DNA of 64,000 nucleotides from Alphaproteobacteria bacterium GWF2_58_20 (GTDB lineage Bacteria; Pseudomonadota; Alphaproteobacteria; UBA1247): NCBI GenBank assembly GCA_001768735.1, contig MEMB01000002.1, positions 556,696 to 620,695 of the forward strand, read 5' to 3'. Shown piece by piece: positions 28,812 to 38,228 of this stretch (position 1 is its first letter; each line of letters starts with the position of its first letter). The notes under the pieces were generated by a model. It saw only the letters and a program-made list of their open reading frames with translations, ran no database searches and was not told where the DNA came from. The position numbers and the translations under genes were made by a program.

Positions 28812-30179
28812 TTACCCGGCGCAGGGCGTCACAACAACCCTGTCCCGCCCTTCATCCTTGGCCTTGTAAAGCGCACTGTCCACGCGCTTGAGAAGAATGT
28901 CTGCCGCCTCTGCAAGACACGCATCCGTAACCCCAAAACTGGATGTAACGGTAATTTCCTTGACGTCATGGGAAACCCGGAACTTGCGGTCCGCCACAAT
29001 GCGCCGCAGGCGCCCGGCAATGGCGGTTGCCGTTTCCAGCGGTGTATCCGGCAGAATGATCATGAACTCCTCACCACCAATGCGGGCCAGAAGGTCAAAA
29101 TTACGGACATTGCGCATAACACGGGAGGAAATTTCCTTCAGGACTTCATCCCCGACACCATGACCATAGGTATCATTGACAAGCTTGAAATGATCAATAT
29201 CAAACATGATAAGCGAAAACGACTTGCGCGTTGTGGCCTGAATGGAACGCATGCGTTCAAGATGCATATCAAAATAACGACGGTTGTAAACCCCGGTCAA
29301 CGGGTCATTATAAGCCATGTTGACGCTGCTCTCGAGGCTGGTACGCAACCGCTCCTGGAAACGCTTGCGACGAACCTGGGTACGAACACGCGCCAGGGTT
29401 TCATGTTCATCAAGCGGCCTCAGGATATAATCCGTAGCACCAAGCTCAAGACCTTTGGCCGGAGTTTCAAGATCCCCCTCGTCCGCCACCAGCAAAATGG
29501 GCATCTGCCGGGTCTGTTCCCGCGAACGAATGCGGGAACAAAGGCGAAGCCCGGCATCCCCGGGCAAAGTCAGGCTGATGATGGTGGCGTCAAAATCTTC
29601 CCGCGCCAGAATATCAAGCACCTCTTCAGGATCCCCCGCAAAGGTCAGGACATGCTCATCCTTTTCAAGAAATTTCTTCATTTTCTCAAGGTCGCCCGGG
29701 AGTTCATCCGCAACAAGGATACGTGCCTTTGTCGTCACTTCCGCCATGAGCATGGCATTGCTGACCTGTTCCGGATTCTGGGAACGCACCCGCCACTGGT
29801 CCATCATCATCTTGAGACGAATAAGGGAACGAACCCGCGCAAACAGGGGAAGATCATTTATGGGTTTTGACAGGAAATCATCTGCCCCGGCCTCAAGCCC
29901 GCGCACGCGATCGGCCGTTTCGGTGAGGGCTGTTACCATGACAACAGGAATGGACTGGGTTTCAGGATTCGCCTTGAGACGGCGACACACTTCAAAACCA
30001 TCCATGCGTGGCATCATGACATCCAGAAGGATAATGTCCGGATGCTCTTTCTGCGCCTTTTCAAGCGCCTGAAAGCCATCCTCCGCCATGATGACGTCGT
30101 AATACTCGTTACTCAGCTTTACAGCCAGGAGCTTTGCGTTGGGCGGAAAATCATCGACAACCAGCACAAGTCCCGGCAT
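28812..30179 (-). CDS. pleD: Response regulator/diguanylate cyclase PleD (REC-REC-GGDEF)
   Basis: Two receiver domains ('VLVVDDFPPNAKLL...LLDVMMPRMDG' and a second REC). C-terminal GGDEF domain with 'RIGGEEF' A-site and an upstream RxxD I-site. Confidence 0.9.
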   Translation of the reverse strand: MPGLVLVVDDFPPNAKLLAVKLSNEYYDVIMAEDGFQALEKAQKEHPDIILLDVMMPRMDGFEVCRRLKANPETQSIPVVMVTALTETADRVRGLEAGADDFLSKPINDLPLFARVRSLIRLKMMMDQWRVRSQNPEQVSNAMLMAEVTTKARILVADELPGDLEKMKKFLEKDEHVLTFAGDPEEVLDILAREDFDATIISLTLPGDAGLRLCSRIRSREQTRQMPILLVADEGDLETPAKGLELGATDYILRPLDEHETLARVRTQVRRKRFQERLRTSLESSVNMAYNDPLTGVYNRRYFDMHLERMRSIQATTRKSFSLIMFDIDHFKLVNDTYGHGVGDEVLKEISSRVMRNVRNFDLLARIGGEEFMIILPDTPLETATAIAGRLRRIVADRKFRVSHDVKEITVTSSFGVTDACLAEAADILLKRVDSALYKAKDEGRDRVVVTPCAG

Positions 30180-30196
30180 CTTATTGATTTCGCTCC

Positions 30197-30562
30197 TTAA
30201 CCAATATATTTCTGGACCGTCTCAATAAACTTGGTCACGGAAATGGGTTTAGCCATATAATCCTCACAGCCCCCTTCACGAATCTTTTCCTCATCGCCCT
30301 TCATGGCAAAAGCCGTGATGGCAATGACAGGAATGTCTTTCAGGGTTTCATCCGCCTTGATCTGGCGGGTGACTTCAAGCCCGGAAATCCGGGGCAGCTG
30401 AATATCCATGAGAACCAGATCAGGATGATGTTCCCGAGCCAATTCAAGCGCTTCAGCTCCATCCGAAGTTTTGAACGTGACGTAGCCATGCGCTTCAAGC
30501 AGGTCGTTGAAGAGCTTCATATTCAGTTCATTGTCCTCAACAATCAGGACTTTCTTGGGCAT
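30197..30562 (-). CDS. divK: Single-domain cell-cycle response regulator DivK
   Basis: 121 aa. '[19 protein letters not shown]', '[10 protein letters not shown]' and '[15 protein letters not shown]' motifs. Sits immediately upstream of pleD as in Caulobacter and Brucella. Confidence 0.85.
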   Translation of the reverse strand: MPKKVLIVEDNELNMKLFNDLLEAHGYVTFKTSDGAEALELAREHHPDLVLMDIQLPRISGLEVTRQIKADETLKDIPVIAITAFAMKGDEEKIREGGCEDYMAKPISVTKFIETVQKYIG

Positions 30563-30657
30563 GCATACACCTCTTCATTGTGTCGGGCACAATATTTTCC
30601 GACCATTAACCATTTGAGCCATTATGAGGCTGCCGCATTAATGATTTATTACCTAGC

Positions 30658-31656
30658 TTACAATTTATGGCTGGTTTTTGCAGTATGATCCAGAGACTTC
30701 ACAGCCCCATGTTTCTCTCTGTTTTCGAATACCTTCCTGCGCTCGGCAACCGATTCCGGTGTCAGCTGCGACACAGCAACTTCATCGTCGAGCTTCATGC
30801 CATGCTCCTTAAGCCAGCCGAAAAGGCCCTTTTCTTTCAAATCTTCCAGCTGGGGGAATTGTTTTTCCAGCTCTTCCTGAACCACCACAAGCCCCTCAAC
30901 ATCAAGCTGACCGCCAAGAACAAAGGAGGACAAGGCCATTACTGCCGGAAAATCATTTCCTCCCTTGAGGGCCATGCTTTCTCCGGAATATGCTGAAAGG
31001 ACGGTTTGCACCGGAACCATGCCGACATTCCCGGTATGCTCAGGCACAACATCTCCAACATGGATACCTTCAAATGGATTTCCCTCCCTCCCTGAAGGAT
31101 TCCAGCTTTCTGCATGATTGGTCTGAGCCAAGGCACTGGCTTCATCTGCCGAAAGATACGTACCGTCCCCCCCCCTGTCATTGCGGTAGTGGATATAACG
31201 GCTTCCCGGAACAGCATGATCCCCCGCGACAACCGGCCCCGGCCGAATCCCTGCAGAACGCAGCAGGTTTTCCATGCCCTCCACCAGATGAGCAGCATCC
31301 TTCTGTCCTTCATGCATATAGATTGTCAGCATTTTCCCAGCCTGCTGAGAATTGGCGTTTCCAAATTCATGGGCCAATTCCTGCCGAACCACCTTAAAAC
31401 TTTCAACACCGTTCGCCATAAGGTAGGGTGCAACCATATCCCATGCTTGTGCAACCTGCGCAGAATCAACACTAACGTGGAGCTTCCAGCCCGTTGAATT
31501 TGTAGCCACATCCAGCGCCTTGCACCTATGAAAACCACCATCACTCATGATGATGTACTGATGGTTCGGAGAAACACAGCCGCCATCATTTTCAAGTTTC
31601 TCATAATCATACCACCTGAGCATGGGATATTCCTCTCCAGAAAGACACAGGTTCAA
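30658..31656 (-). CDS. Phosphothreonine-lyase-fold protein (OspF/SpvC/HopAI1 family homologue) with a ~110-aa C-terminal extension
   Basis: 'DGGFHRCKALDVATNSTGWKLHVSVDSAQVAQAWDMVAPYLMAN' aligns with OspF 'GDVFIHACRENPQSKGDFVGDKFHISIAREQVPLAFQILSGLLFSE' (Lys/His pair). 'SFKV' aligns with 'KWKI' (catalytic Lys). 'GKMLTIYMHEG' aligns with 'GAQFTLYVKSD' (Tyr). 'RYIHYRNDRGGDG' aligns with 'KYVSYRNELRSDRDG' (Arg residues). Confidence 0.55.
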   Translation of the reverse strand: MNLCLSGEEYPMLRWYDYEKLENDGGCVSPNHQYIIMSDGGFHRCKALDVATNSTGWKLHVSVDSAQVAQAWDMVAPYLMANGVESFKVVRQELAHEFGNANSQQAGKMLTIYMHEGQKDAAHLVEGMENLLRSAGIRPGPVVAGDHAVPGSRYIHYRNDRGGDGTYLSADEASALAQTNHAESWNPSGREGNPFEGIHVGDVVPEHTGNVGMVPVQTVLSAYSGESMALKGGNDFPAVMALSSFVLGGQLDVEGLVVVQEELEKQFPQLEDLKEKGLFGWLKEHGMKLDDEVAVSQLTPESVAERRKVFENREKHGAVKSLDHTAKTSHKL

Positions 31657-31773
31657 CCATGCGCAACCATACCCCCGGCAAGATTTCCTGTCAAAAAACC
31701 CCTCGCCTTCATGAACGGAATTTGTTATTGTTTTTCATGATGTTGAAACTCCCAACGAAAACGCATAACAGCC

Positions 31774-32457
31774 ATGCACTTTTCTCATACCCCGGCATTA
31801 CCTGAAGCCGATGCCTCCAAAGAGGTCGTTTTCCTTGATCTTCTTGAAAAGCTCAAGGACGCATGCATTGCTTCATCAACGTCTCAAAAACAGACTTCCA
31901 TCAACAAGGCACTGACCGCCATCCACGACCATGTCCTTGCCATGCATGCGCAGATCAAGATACTTGAAGGCATGGTTCAGGAAGATGCCCTGACCGGTAT
32001 TCTCAACCAGCATGGTTTTTTCAAGGAACTCCACAAGGAAATTTCCCGCAGCCAGCGCCATCCTGATCGCGGCCTTTGCCTCATCGTGGTCGATCTGGAT
32101 GATTTCAAGGCCATTAATGACACCCTCGGCCATCCGGCTGGAGATGCCTGCCTGCAGATGGCGGCCAGCACCCTCAAAGCCTCCATCCGGGAAAGCGACA
32201 GCGTGGCGCGCCTTGGGGGGGACGATTTCGCCATCATCATGGGGGACATTTCAGATCTCGACATCCTTCAACGCACGACCGAAATTCGCGATCGCCTGAA
32301 CGGCAGCTTCCTGCCGTGGGAGAAATCCACCATTCATGTCCATGGAAGCATTGGCTATTCCATATACAAGGACGGGGATACGGAAAAAGACATGATCCAC
32401 CGGGCCGACCGTTCCCTTTACCAGCAGAAAAAAATGAAGGAACATCAGGGAAGCTGA
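31774..32457 (+). CDS. GGDEF-domain diguanylate cyclase with an N-terminal coiled-coil
   Basis: 'LTGILNQHGFF', RxxD 'RHPD', 'RLGGDDFAII' (GGDEF variant GGDDF) and 'HGSIGYSIY' motifs. Confidence 0.75.
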   Translation: MHFSHTPALPEADASKEVVFLDLLEKLKDACIASSTSQKQTSINKALTAIHDHVLAMHAQIKILEGMVQEDALTGILNQHGFFKELHKEISRSQRHPDRGLCLIVVDLDDFKAINDTLGHPAGDACLQMAASTLKASIRESDSVARLGGDDFAIIMGDISDLDILQRTTEIRDRLNGSFLPWEKSTIHVHGSIGYSIYKDGDTEKDMIHRADRSLYQQKKMKEHQGS

Positions 32458-32471
32458 AGCCCTTTCAAAAA

Positions 32472-32505
32472 AAAGCGCCCGCATTTTGGGATGCTGGCGC
32501 TTTTA
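32472..32505. terminator. Putative bidirectional terminator between convergent genes
   Basis: AAAGCGCC(cgcattttgggatgctg)GGCGCTTTT with an internal gcat/atgc extension, followed by T-run. Confidence 0.45.
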
Positions 32506-32551
32506 CGCATTTCATAAAGACCAAGCCTTAGAGCATTTAACGTTAAAGGAT

Positions 32552-32863
32552 CTAACAGGTAAACTGTACATCCGGGTTCATCTGGCCTTTTGGTTCAAGC
32601 CGGGTTCCATCCAGTGTCCCCATCATATTCTTGAAAGGTGCAACCTTTTTAGCATTTTCCTTGATGCTTTCCGGCTCTGCCGCCACAACATGGTCCATGA
32701 TCTTGGCAAGAGCAGAACCTGCCGCCGATGCGGGATTCTTCAGGATTGCATCCTGCAAAAGGGCATCAATGGCTTCCATCTCCGCCTTTGTCAGGGAAAT
32801 CGCGACCGTTTCCGAAACCTTCATGACATATTCTCCATTGTTCAATTCAAAACCTGTTTTCAC
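32552..32863 (-). CDS. Hypothetical small protein (start may be Met at 32824)
   Basis: 103-aa ORF, helical ('AISLTKAEMEAIDALLQDAILKN'). No recognised motif. Confidence 0.35.
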   Translation of the reverse strand: MKTGFELNNGEYVMKVSETVAISLTKAEMEAIDALLQDAILKNPASAAGSALAKIMDHVVAAEPESIKENAKKVAPFKNMMGTLDGTRLEPKGQMNPDVQFTC

Positions 32864-32976
32864 TCTATCCCCCGGCCCATTTCCTTACCAATGCTGTTTT
32901 CGCATGGCTGGTCTACGCAGGACGCATGTTTCTTCACTGTCAAGATTTTCTTGCACATTCTCCGTACAGCCTGCTT

Positions 32977-33633
32977 TCAAACAGGAGGGCCGTCCCCATC
33001 CAGAGGTCCAACTTCCCGCATAATCTGGGCAAGGAACCCATGCATGAAATTTATCCGGTTTTCGGCAATTTCATGGGCCTTTTGGGTATTCATCATGTTT
33101 GCAAGCCCAAACAATTTTTGCGGGTAGTGGTCGATGGCAAAAAGGGTTTCATCCGGATCCCTGTTTTTGGCCAATGGATCTTCCTCGCAATACGCCCTGT
33201 TCCCGACACGCCCGGCATACATGAAATTGCGGATGATCCCCATGGCTCCCAGCATATCAAGCCTGTCAGCATCTTGAATGATTTTTGCCTCCAGCGTTTC
33301 CGCCGAAATGCCCGCTGAAGGATTATGCGCTTCAATGGCATGGGCCACGGAGGAAATGGCGGATTTCGAAAATCCACCCATTTCTTCGAGAATTTTAACG
33401 GTTTTCTTTGCTGCAATACGTGAACCTTGCGGGCGCAAAGGGGAATCTTTCGGCGTAAAGTCAATGTCATGCAGATAAGACGCCACAAGAAGCACCATCC
33501 TGTCCGCCTCAGGATAGTCTTCCGCGATGAGCTGCGCGTTGCGCCATACACGGTTGAAATGCGATATGTCGCGCAGGCATCCATGGGTACGCACAAGCCC
33601 CATGAGATGGGATTGAAGCGTTTGCAAATCCAT
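32977..33633 (-). CDS. HD-domain phosphohydrolase
   Basis: 'LLVASYLHDIDF...DADRLDMLGAMGIIR' gives the H...HD...D metal-binding pattern. 6 nt downstream of aspS, so probably co-transcribed. Confidence 0.65.
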   Translation of the reverse strand: MDLQTLQSHLMGLVRTHGCLRDISHFNRVWRNAQLIAEDYPEADRMVLLVASYLHDIDFTPKDSPLRPQGSRIAAKKTVKILEEMGGFSKSAISSVAHAIEAHNPSAGISAETLEAKIIQDADRLDMLGAMGIIRNFMYAGRVGNRAYCEEDPLAKNRDPDETLFAIDHYPQKLFGLANMMNTQKAHEIAENRINFMHGFLAQIMREVGPLDGDGPPV

Positions 33634-33639
33634 GCGGGT

Positions 33640-35439
33640 TCAACTTTTACGAACGGGTGGCAACTCAATGCGGATATGCAGCTCCTTGAGTTGTTCCGGA
33701 CGCACTTCCGATGGCGCCTTCATCATCATGTCCTCGGCCTTCTGATTCATGGGAAAGCAGATGACTTCGCGGATATTGGGTTCATCCGCCAGCAGCATGA
33801 CAATGCGATCCACGCCCGGCGCGGAACCACCATGTGGTGGTGCCCCATAACGCATGGCCGCCAGCATGCCGCCAAATTTCTGTTCCAGAACCTCCTGCCC
33901 ATACCCGGCAATCTCAAACGCCCGGATCATGATCTCTGGCATGTGGTTGCGGATGGCGCCAGACGACAGCTCGACACCATTGCACACGATATCATATTGG
34001 AAAGCGTTGATTTCCAATGGATTCCTTGTATTAAGAGCCTCAAGCCCCCCCTGCGGCATGGAAAATGGATTGTGCGAAAAGTCGATCTTGCCGGTTTCCT
34101 CATTGAACTCAAACATCGGAAAATCCACCACCCAGCAGAACGCAAACAGGTCCTTGCGGATGAGGCCATAATCCTCGCCCAGCTTCGTGCGTAGCTGCCC
34201 GGCAGCCTTGACGGCAATGGAAGACGGACCGGCCACAAACAGCACCGTATCGCCTTCCACCATGGCCGACAGCACCACAAGACGCTCAAACGCCTGCGGG
34301 CCGAAGAACTTGGCAATCCCGCCCTTGGGCGCGCCTTCCTCCATGGAGACATAAGCCAGCGAAACTTTTGCCTCTCCCGCCCATTCACCCAGCTTGTCAA
34401 AATAGCTGCGCGGCTTGGACTTGCCGTTCGGCACACGGACGGCACGGAGGACATCGCCCTTTTCCACCATGGACTTGAAATTGCCAAAGCTGAAATCTTC
34501 CAGACCCGCCAGTTCCGCCGCATCAAACAGCGTCAGCGGATTGCGCAGGTCGGGCTTGTCGCAACCATATTTGAGCATGGATTCCACAAACGGAATGCGC
34601 GGAAACGGCCCCTTGGCCACTTCGCGTTTTTTGCCGTTCCAGTTGGCAAATTCCTCAAAAATCCCCTGCAATACAGGCTCAATGGCCGAAAAAACGTCTT
34701 CCTGCGTGACATAGGACATCTCGAAATCGAGCTGGTAGAACTCGCCCGGGCTACGGTCGGCGCGGCTATCCTCGTCGCGGAAACAGGGAGCGATCTGGAA
34801 ATAACGGTCAAACCCGGCCATCATGAGCAGCTGCTTGAACTGCTGCGGTGCCTGCGGCAGGGCATAGAACTTGCCCGGATGGATACGGCTCGGCACCAGG
34901 AAGTCACGCGCTCCCTCCGGCGATGACGCCGTAAGGATGGGTGTCTGGAACTCGGTAAAACCCTGGCCAATCATCCGCCTCCGCAGCGAAGCGATCACAT
35001 CTGAGCGCAGTTTGATGTTCTTTTGCATCTTTTCGCGACGCAGGTCGAGATAGCGATAGGTCAGGCGGATTTCCTCGCCGGAATCCTCAGAGGAATTGAC
35101 CTGGAGCGGCACCATCTCGGCCGAAGACTGGACAACAACCTCATCCATCCATAATTCGATCTCGCCCGTGGCCATGTCCGAATTCTTGGTGTTACCTTCA
35201 CGTTCCACCACCTTGCCAGTGATGGTGATGACGGATTCCACGCGGATATTGTCAAGCTGCGCCAGGATGGGGCTTGAGGAATCGGTCACGCACTGGGTGA
35301 TGCCATAATGGTCACGCAGGTCCACAAACAGCAGTTGCCCAAGATTTCGCTTGCGATGGATCCACCCCGAAAGACGGACGGTTTCCCCAACATTCTCGCG
35401 GCGCAGCTGGCCGCAGGTATGTGTGCGATAGGCGTGCAT
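33640..35439 (-). CDS. aspS: Aspartate--tRNA ligase
   Basis: 599 aa. N-terminal OB-fold anticodon-binding domain. Class II motifs: '[19 protein letters not shown]' (motif 2 region) and '[14 protein letters not shown]' (motif 3). Confidence 0.95.
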   Translation of the reverse strand: MHAYRTHTCGQLRRENVGETVRLSGWIHRKRNLGQLLFVDLRDHYGITQCVTDSSSPILAQLDNIRVESVITITGKVVEREGNTKNSDMATGEIELWMDEVVVQSSAEMVPLQVNSSEDSGEEIRLTYRYLDLRREKMQKNIKLRSDVIASLRRRMIGQGFTEFQTPILTASSPEGARDFLVPSRIHPGKFYALPQAPQQFKQLLMMAGFDRYFQIAPCFRDEDSRADRSPGEFYQLDFEMSYVTQEDVFSAIEPVLQGIFEEFANWNGKKREVAKGPFPRIPFVESMLKYGCDKPDLRNPLTLFDAAELAGLEDFSFGNFKSMVEKGDVLRAVRVPNGKSKPRSYFDKLGEWAGEAKVSLAYVSMEEGAPKGGIAKFFGPQAFERLVVLSAMVEGDTVLFVAGPSSIAVKAAGQLRTKLGEDYGLIRKDLFAFCWVVDFPMFEFNEETGKIDFSHNPFSMPQGGLEALNTRNPLEINAFQYDIVCNGVELSSGAIRNHMPEIMIRAFEIAGYGQEVLEQKFGGMLAAMRYGAPPHGGSAPGVDRIVMLLADEPNIREVICFPMNQKAEDMMMKAPSEVRPEQLKELHIRIELPPVRKS

Positions 35440-35527
35440 GGCGTGCCCTTTCTGGCAGTTTCCAAAATACGGCGTTTTTCCCCACGGAAAACCGAAACAA
35501 TTCGTCTATTCCCGCTTGAAAGTCTTG

Positions 35528-36853
35528 TCAAGGGCGAAGGGTATGCTCCGGCAAGGAAACCCTCGCTTTTTTCGCCTGCTTGGCATCATCGCCAAGACCG
35601 GATGACCGGCGGATAAACCCAACAAGCTGTGGCAGCACATCCCGCCGCCAGATGGACCCGCTCACAGCGCCATAATGCCCCGCCTTTGGCAGGAAGATGT
35701 GGTGCTTGGCTCCGGAAGCTACCCCACAGCAAAGCGCATGCGCAGCAAAGGTCTGGCCTTTGGACACCAGCTCATCTTCTCCGGCCTCCACCGTCAGGAG
35801 GGACGTTTTCGTGATGGCTGAGGGATTCACTTTTTCTCCCGCATGCATCAATCTGCCTTCCGCAAGGTCGGCCCGGCGAAACACCTTGTCCAGCGTTTCC
35901 AGGTAAAACTTCCCGGGTAAATCACATACGGCCTGACATTCATCGAGAAAAACCTTGAGATCGCGCACACGGGCAGCATCGCCTGCACAAAGCCCCGCAA
36001 AAAGGGATGCCTGCGATGTCATGTAATTCGGGAAATGCTTGGCCATGTAACCTGCAAGCTGCAGGAATCCCGGATAAACGAGACGTCCCGCCCCCGCATA
36101 TCTCCCCGGAACCTCAGCGATCAGGTTTTCCGCAAACCATTCCTGCGAATGCTCCTTCACCATGCGGGCAAGGCTGTTTTCGGAAACCCGCGTATCCACC
36201 GGCCCAACCATGAGCGTGAGCGACACCGGCTCCATTTCTGGTGTTTCCTCAGCGATGCGCGCCACCGCCGCCAGTGCGGTGATGGTGGATTGCGAAATCC
36301 CGATCACATGAACATCCGGCCCGAGATGCCGGATGAAGGATTTGGTGTGGGTGATAAAATCCTCCATCCCGAAATCCCCCTCTTCCAACGGAATGTCACG
36401 GGCGTTGCGCCAGTCGGTGATGTAAACGTCATGCTCTTGCAGCAGCCCCGCGATGGTATCGCGGAGCAAGGTGGCGTGGTTGCCGGACATAGGGGAAACA
36501 ATGAGGATTTTCGGATCTTTACGCGCCGTGTTGCGCGCGAAACGCAGCAACGGCCCCAGGGGAGATTCCGCAACCACCTGCTGGCGCACATCCACCATGC
36601 CATCTGGCGTTCGTACCCTTGAAATGCCGAAATCGGGCTTGAAGGTTTCCTTTCCCATGCGGCGGGCCATCTGCGCAAGAGCATCCAGAACTGCCATGGC
36701 ATCCTCGGCCACAAGGGACGGCATTCCCCAGAACGACATTCCGGAAACCCATAATTTTTGCCATGCCAGTGTGGTTTCCGCCATATCCGCCCAAACGGAC
36801 ATCATGGTCTTCCGGGCTTCTTCCGCCGGGTACAGCAAGGGATTATGCGTCAT
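35528..36853 (-). CDS. phaZ: Intracellular poly(3-hydroxybutyrate) depolymerase (PhaZ, PHB_depo_C family)
   Basis: 'ILIVSPMSGNHATLLRDTIAGLLQEHDVYITDWRNARDIPLEEG...LGPDVHVIGISQSTITALAAVARIAE' resembles Cupriavidus PhaZ1 ('LLIVAPMSGHYATLLR...HDVYITDW...GPDTHVIAVCQP'). Confidence 0.7.
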   Translation of the reverse strand: MTHNPLLYPAEEARKTMMSVWADMAETTLAWQKLWVSGMSFWGMPSLVAEDAMAVLDALAQMARRMGKETFKPDFGISRVRTPDGMVDVRQQVVAESPLGPLLRFARNTARKDPKILIVSPMSGNHATLLRDTIAGLLQEHDVYITDWRNARDIPLEEGDFGMEDFITHTKSFIRHLGPDVHVIGISQSTITALAAVARIAEETPEMEPVSLTLMVGPVDTRVSENSLARMVKEHSQEWFAENLIAEVPGRYAGAGRLVYPGFLQLAGYMAKHFPNYMTSQASLFAGLCAGDAARVRDLKVFLDECQAVCDLPGKFYLETLDKVFRRADLAEGRLMHAGEKVNPSAITKTSLLTVEAGEDELVSKGQTFAAHALCCGVASGAKHHIFLPKAGHYGAVSGSIWRRDVLPQLVGFIRRSSGLGDDAKQAKKARVSLPEHTLRP

Positions 36854-37017
36854 GCGCGCCTCATCAGGATAAACCTTCCATTTTGCATGACCTCAGATGT
36901 AAACATCAACGCATCCCATGTCCATCCCCAAAAAACATGGCTGCCATGCAAAAAATGCAATTGTCTCTCCCCCATCCTTGGCTTATTGTTAAAAATATCA
37001 AAGCCAAGGAGGTTGCC

Positions 37018-37464
37018 ATGACCACGCATGAAACTCCGACCACTTCCCCGGAAACCGAAACTCAAAAAGCTCCTGTTTCCCGTGAATCTCCTGTCCTGCG
37101 GGTCCGCGAGATGGCTCGAAACGCCGCGCAGAAAAACCGCATGGCAGAGGCTGCTTCCAACCCGGAATTCCAGAAAATTCTGGAAAGCGCCAGGCAAGAA
37201 GCTGAAGCTTTTGCAGAAACGGCTCACCAAAAAACACCAAAGCAGCGCGAGATGGCCATCAGGAAAAACCGGAGCGTCCGCATGGTGGATGTCCGGACCA
37301 TGTCCAGGAATGCCGCCTTTGCGGAACAAGCCAGGGCCGCTACAGAAAAGCTGCAGTCCGACTTCAGGAAAGTCACCCCGAAACCCATCAAGGATGATGA
37401 TTCTTCCGGCGGCCATTCCTCGGTTCACCGGAACATTCGGGCCCTGCCCCAGCCAACGAAATAA
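37018..37464 (+). CDS. Hypothetical basic helical protein next to phaZ
   Basis: Strong RBS 'aaggagg' 7 nt upstream of the ATG at 37018. 148 aa, Lys/Arg/Glu/Ala-rich. No catalytic motif. Confidence 0.5.
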   Translation: MTTHETPTTSPETETQKAPVSRESPVLRVREMARNAAQKNRMAEAASNPEFQKILESARQEAEAFAETAHQKTPKQREMAIRKNRSVRMVDVRTMSRNAAFAEQARAATEKLQSDFRKVTPKPIKDDDSSGGHSSVHRNIRALPQPTK

Positions 37465-37480
37465 CCCGGGCGCAAAAAAG

Positions 37481-37514
37481 AAAACCTCCCGTCGCAAGAC
37501 CGGGAGGTTTTTTC
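37481..37514. terminator. Bidirectional rho-independent terminator
   Basis: AACCTCCCGGTC-gcaa-GACCGGGAGGTT (12-bp stem, GNRA-like loop) followed by TTTTTT. Flanked by convergent genes. Confidence 0.75.
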
Positions 37515-37540
37515 TTTGCCAAAGCGCCCTGCAACAAAAA

Positions 37541-38227
37541 TCAGGACATTTCCTGCCCCAGCTCCGCCATAACCTTGCGCCAATGCGCAGGCAGCGGCGC
37601 CTCAACATCCACCGGCGGTTTTTCCATATAAATCGGGACATGAATGCTACGGGCGTGCAAGTGTAACAGCGTCTCCTGCGGCCACGCCCCCGGAATGCCA
37701 TAAATACTGTCGCCAACGATGGGACATCCCAAGGCCGACAGATGCACCCGAAGCTGGTGCGTGCGTCCCGTCAGGGGTTTCAGCTCCACAAAACTCTTTC
37801 CCCCACCTTCGGCCAGAACCCTGTATTCCGTGATGGCGGATATGCCATTTGGATCCGGCACCATGCGCCAGCCAAAATCCGGTGTCAGCTTGGAAAGCGG
37901 CATGTCGATCCGCCCTGCCTGCTGTGGCAGCCTCCCCAAAACAACCGCCCAGTACGTCTTGTGAATTTTCCCTGCGGCGAACATTTTGCCAAGCCGCCCC
38001 AGCGCCTTGTGGTGACGACCAAGAATGAGGCAACCACTGGTATCCCGGTCAAGCCGGTGCGCCAGGCCCGGATTTTTGGCAAGCCCGTACCTGAGGGCCT
38101 CAAAATACATTTCAAGGTTTGGCCCCTTGCCGGGCCCCGCATGCACCGCAATGCCCGCAGGCTTGTCGATGATGATCATCATCCCGTCCCGGTAAAGCAC
38201 ACGGGCCTGCATTTCTTCCCGGGTCAT
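37541..38227 (-). CDS. RluA-family pseudouridine synthase
   Basis: 'HRLDRDTSGCLILGRHHKALGRL' (catalytic Asp motif HRLDxxTSG). 'YWAVV' motif. Confidence 0.8.
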   Translation of the reverse strand: MTREEMQARVLYRDGMMIIIDKPAGIAVHAGPGKGPNLEMYFEALRYGLAKNPGLAHRLDRDTSGCLILGRHHKALGRLGKMFAAGKIHKTYWAVVLGRLPQQAGRIDMPLSKLTPDFGWRMVPDPNGISAITEYRVLAEGGGKSFVELKPLTGRTHQLRVHLSALGCPIVGDSIYGIPGAWPQETLLHLHARSIHVPIYMEKPPVDVEAPLPAHWRKVMAELGQEMS

Positions 38228-38228
38228 C

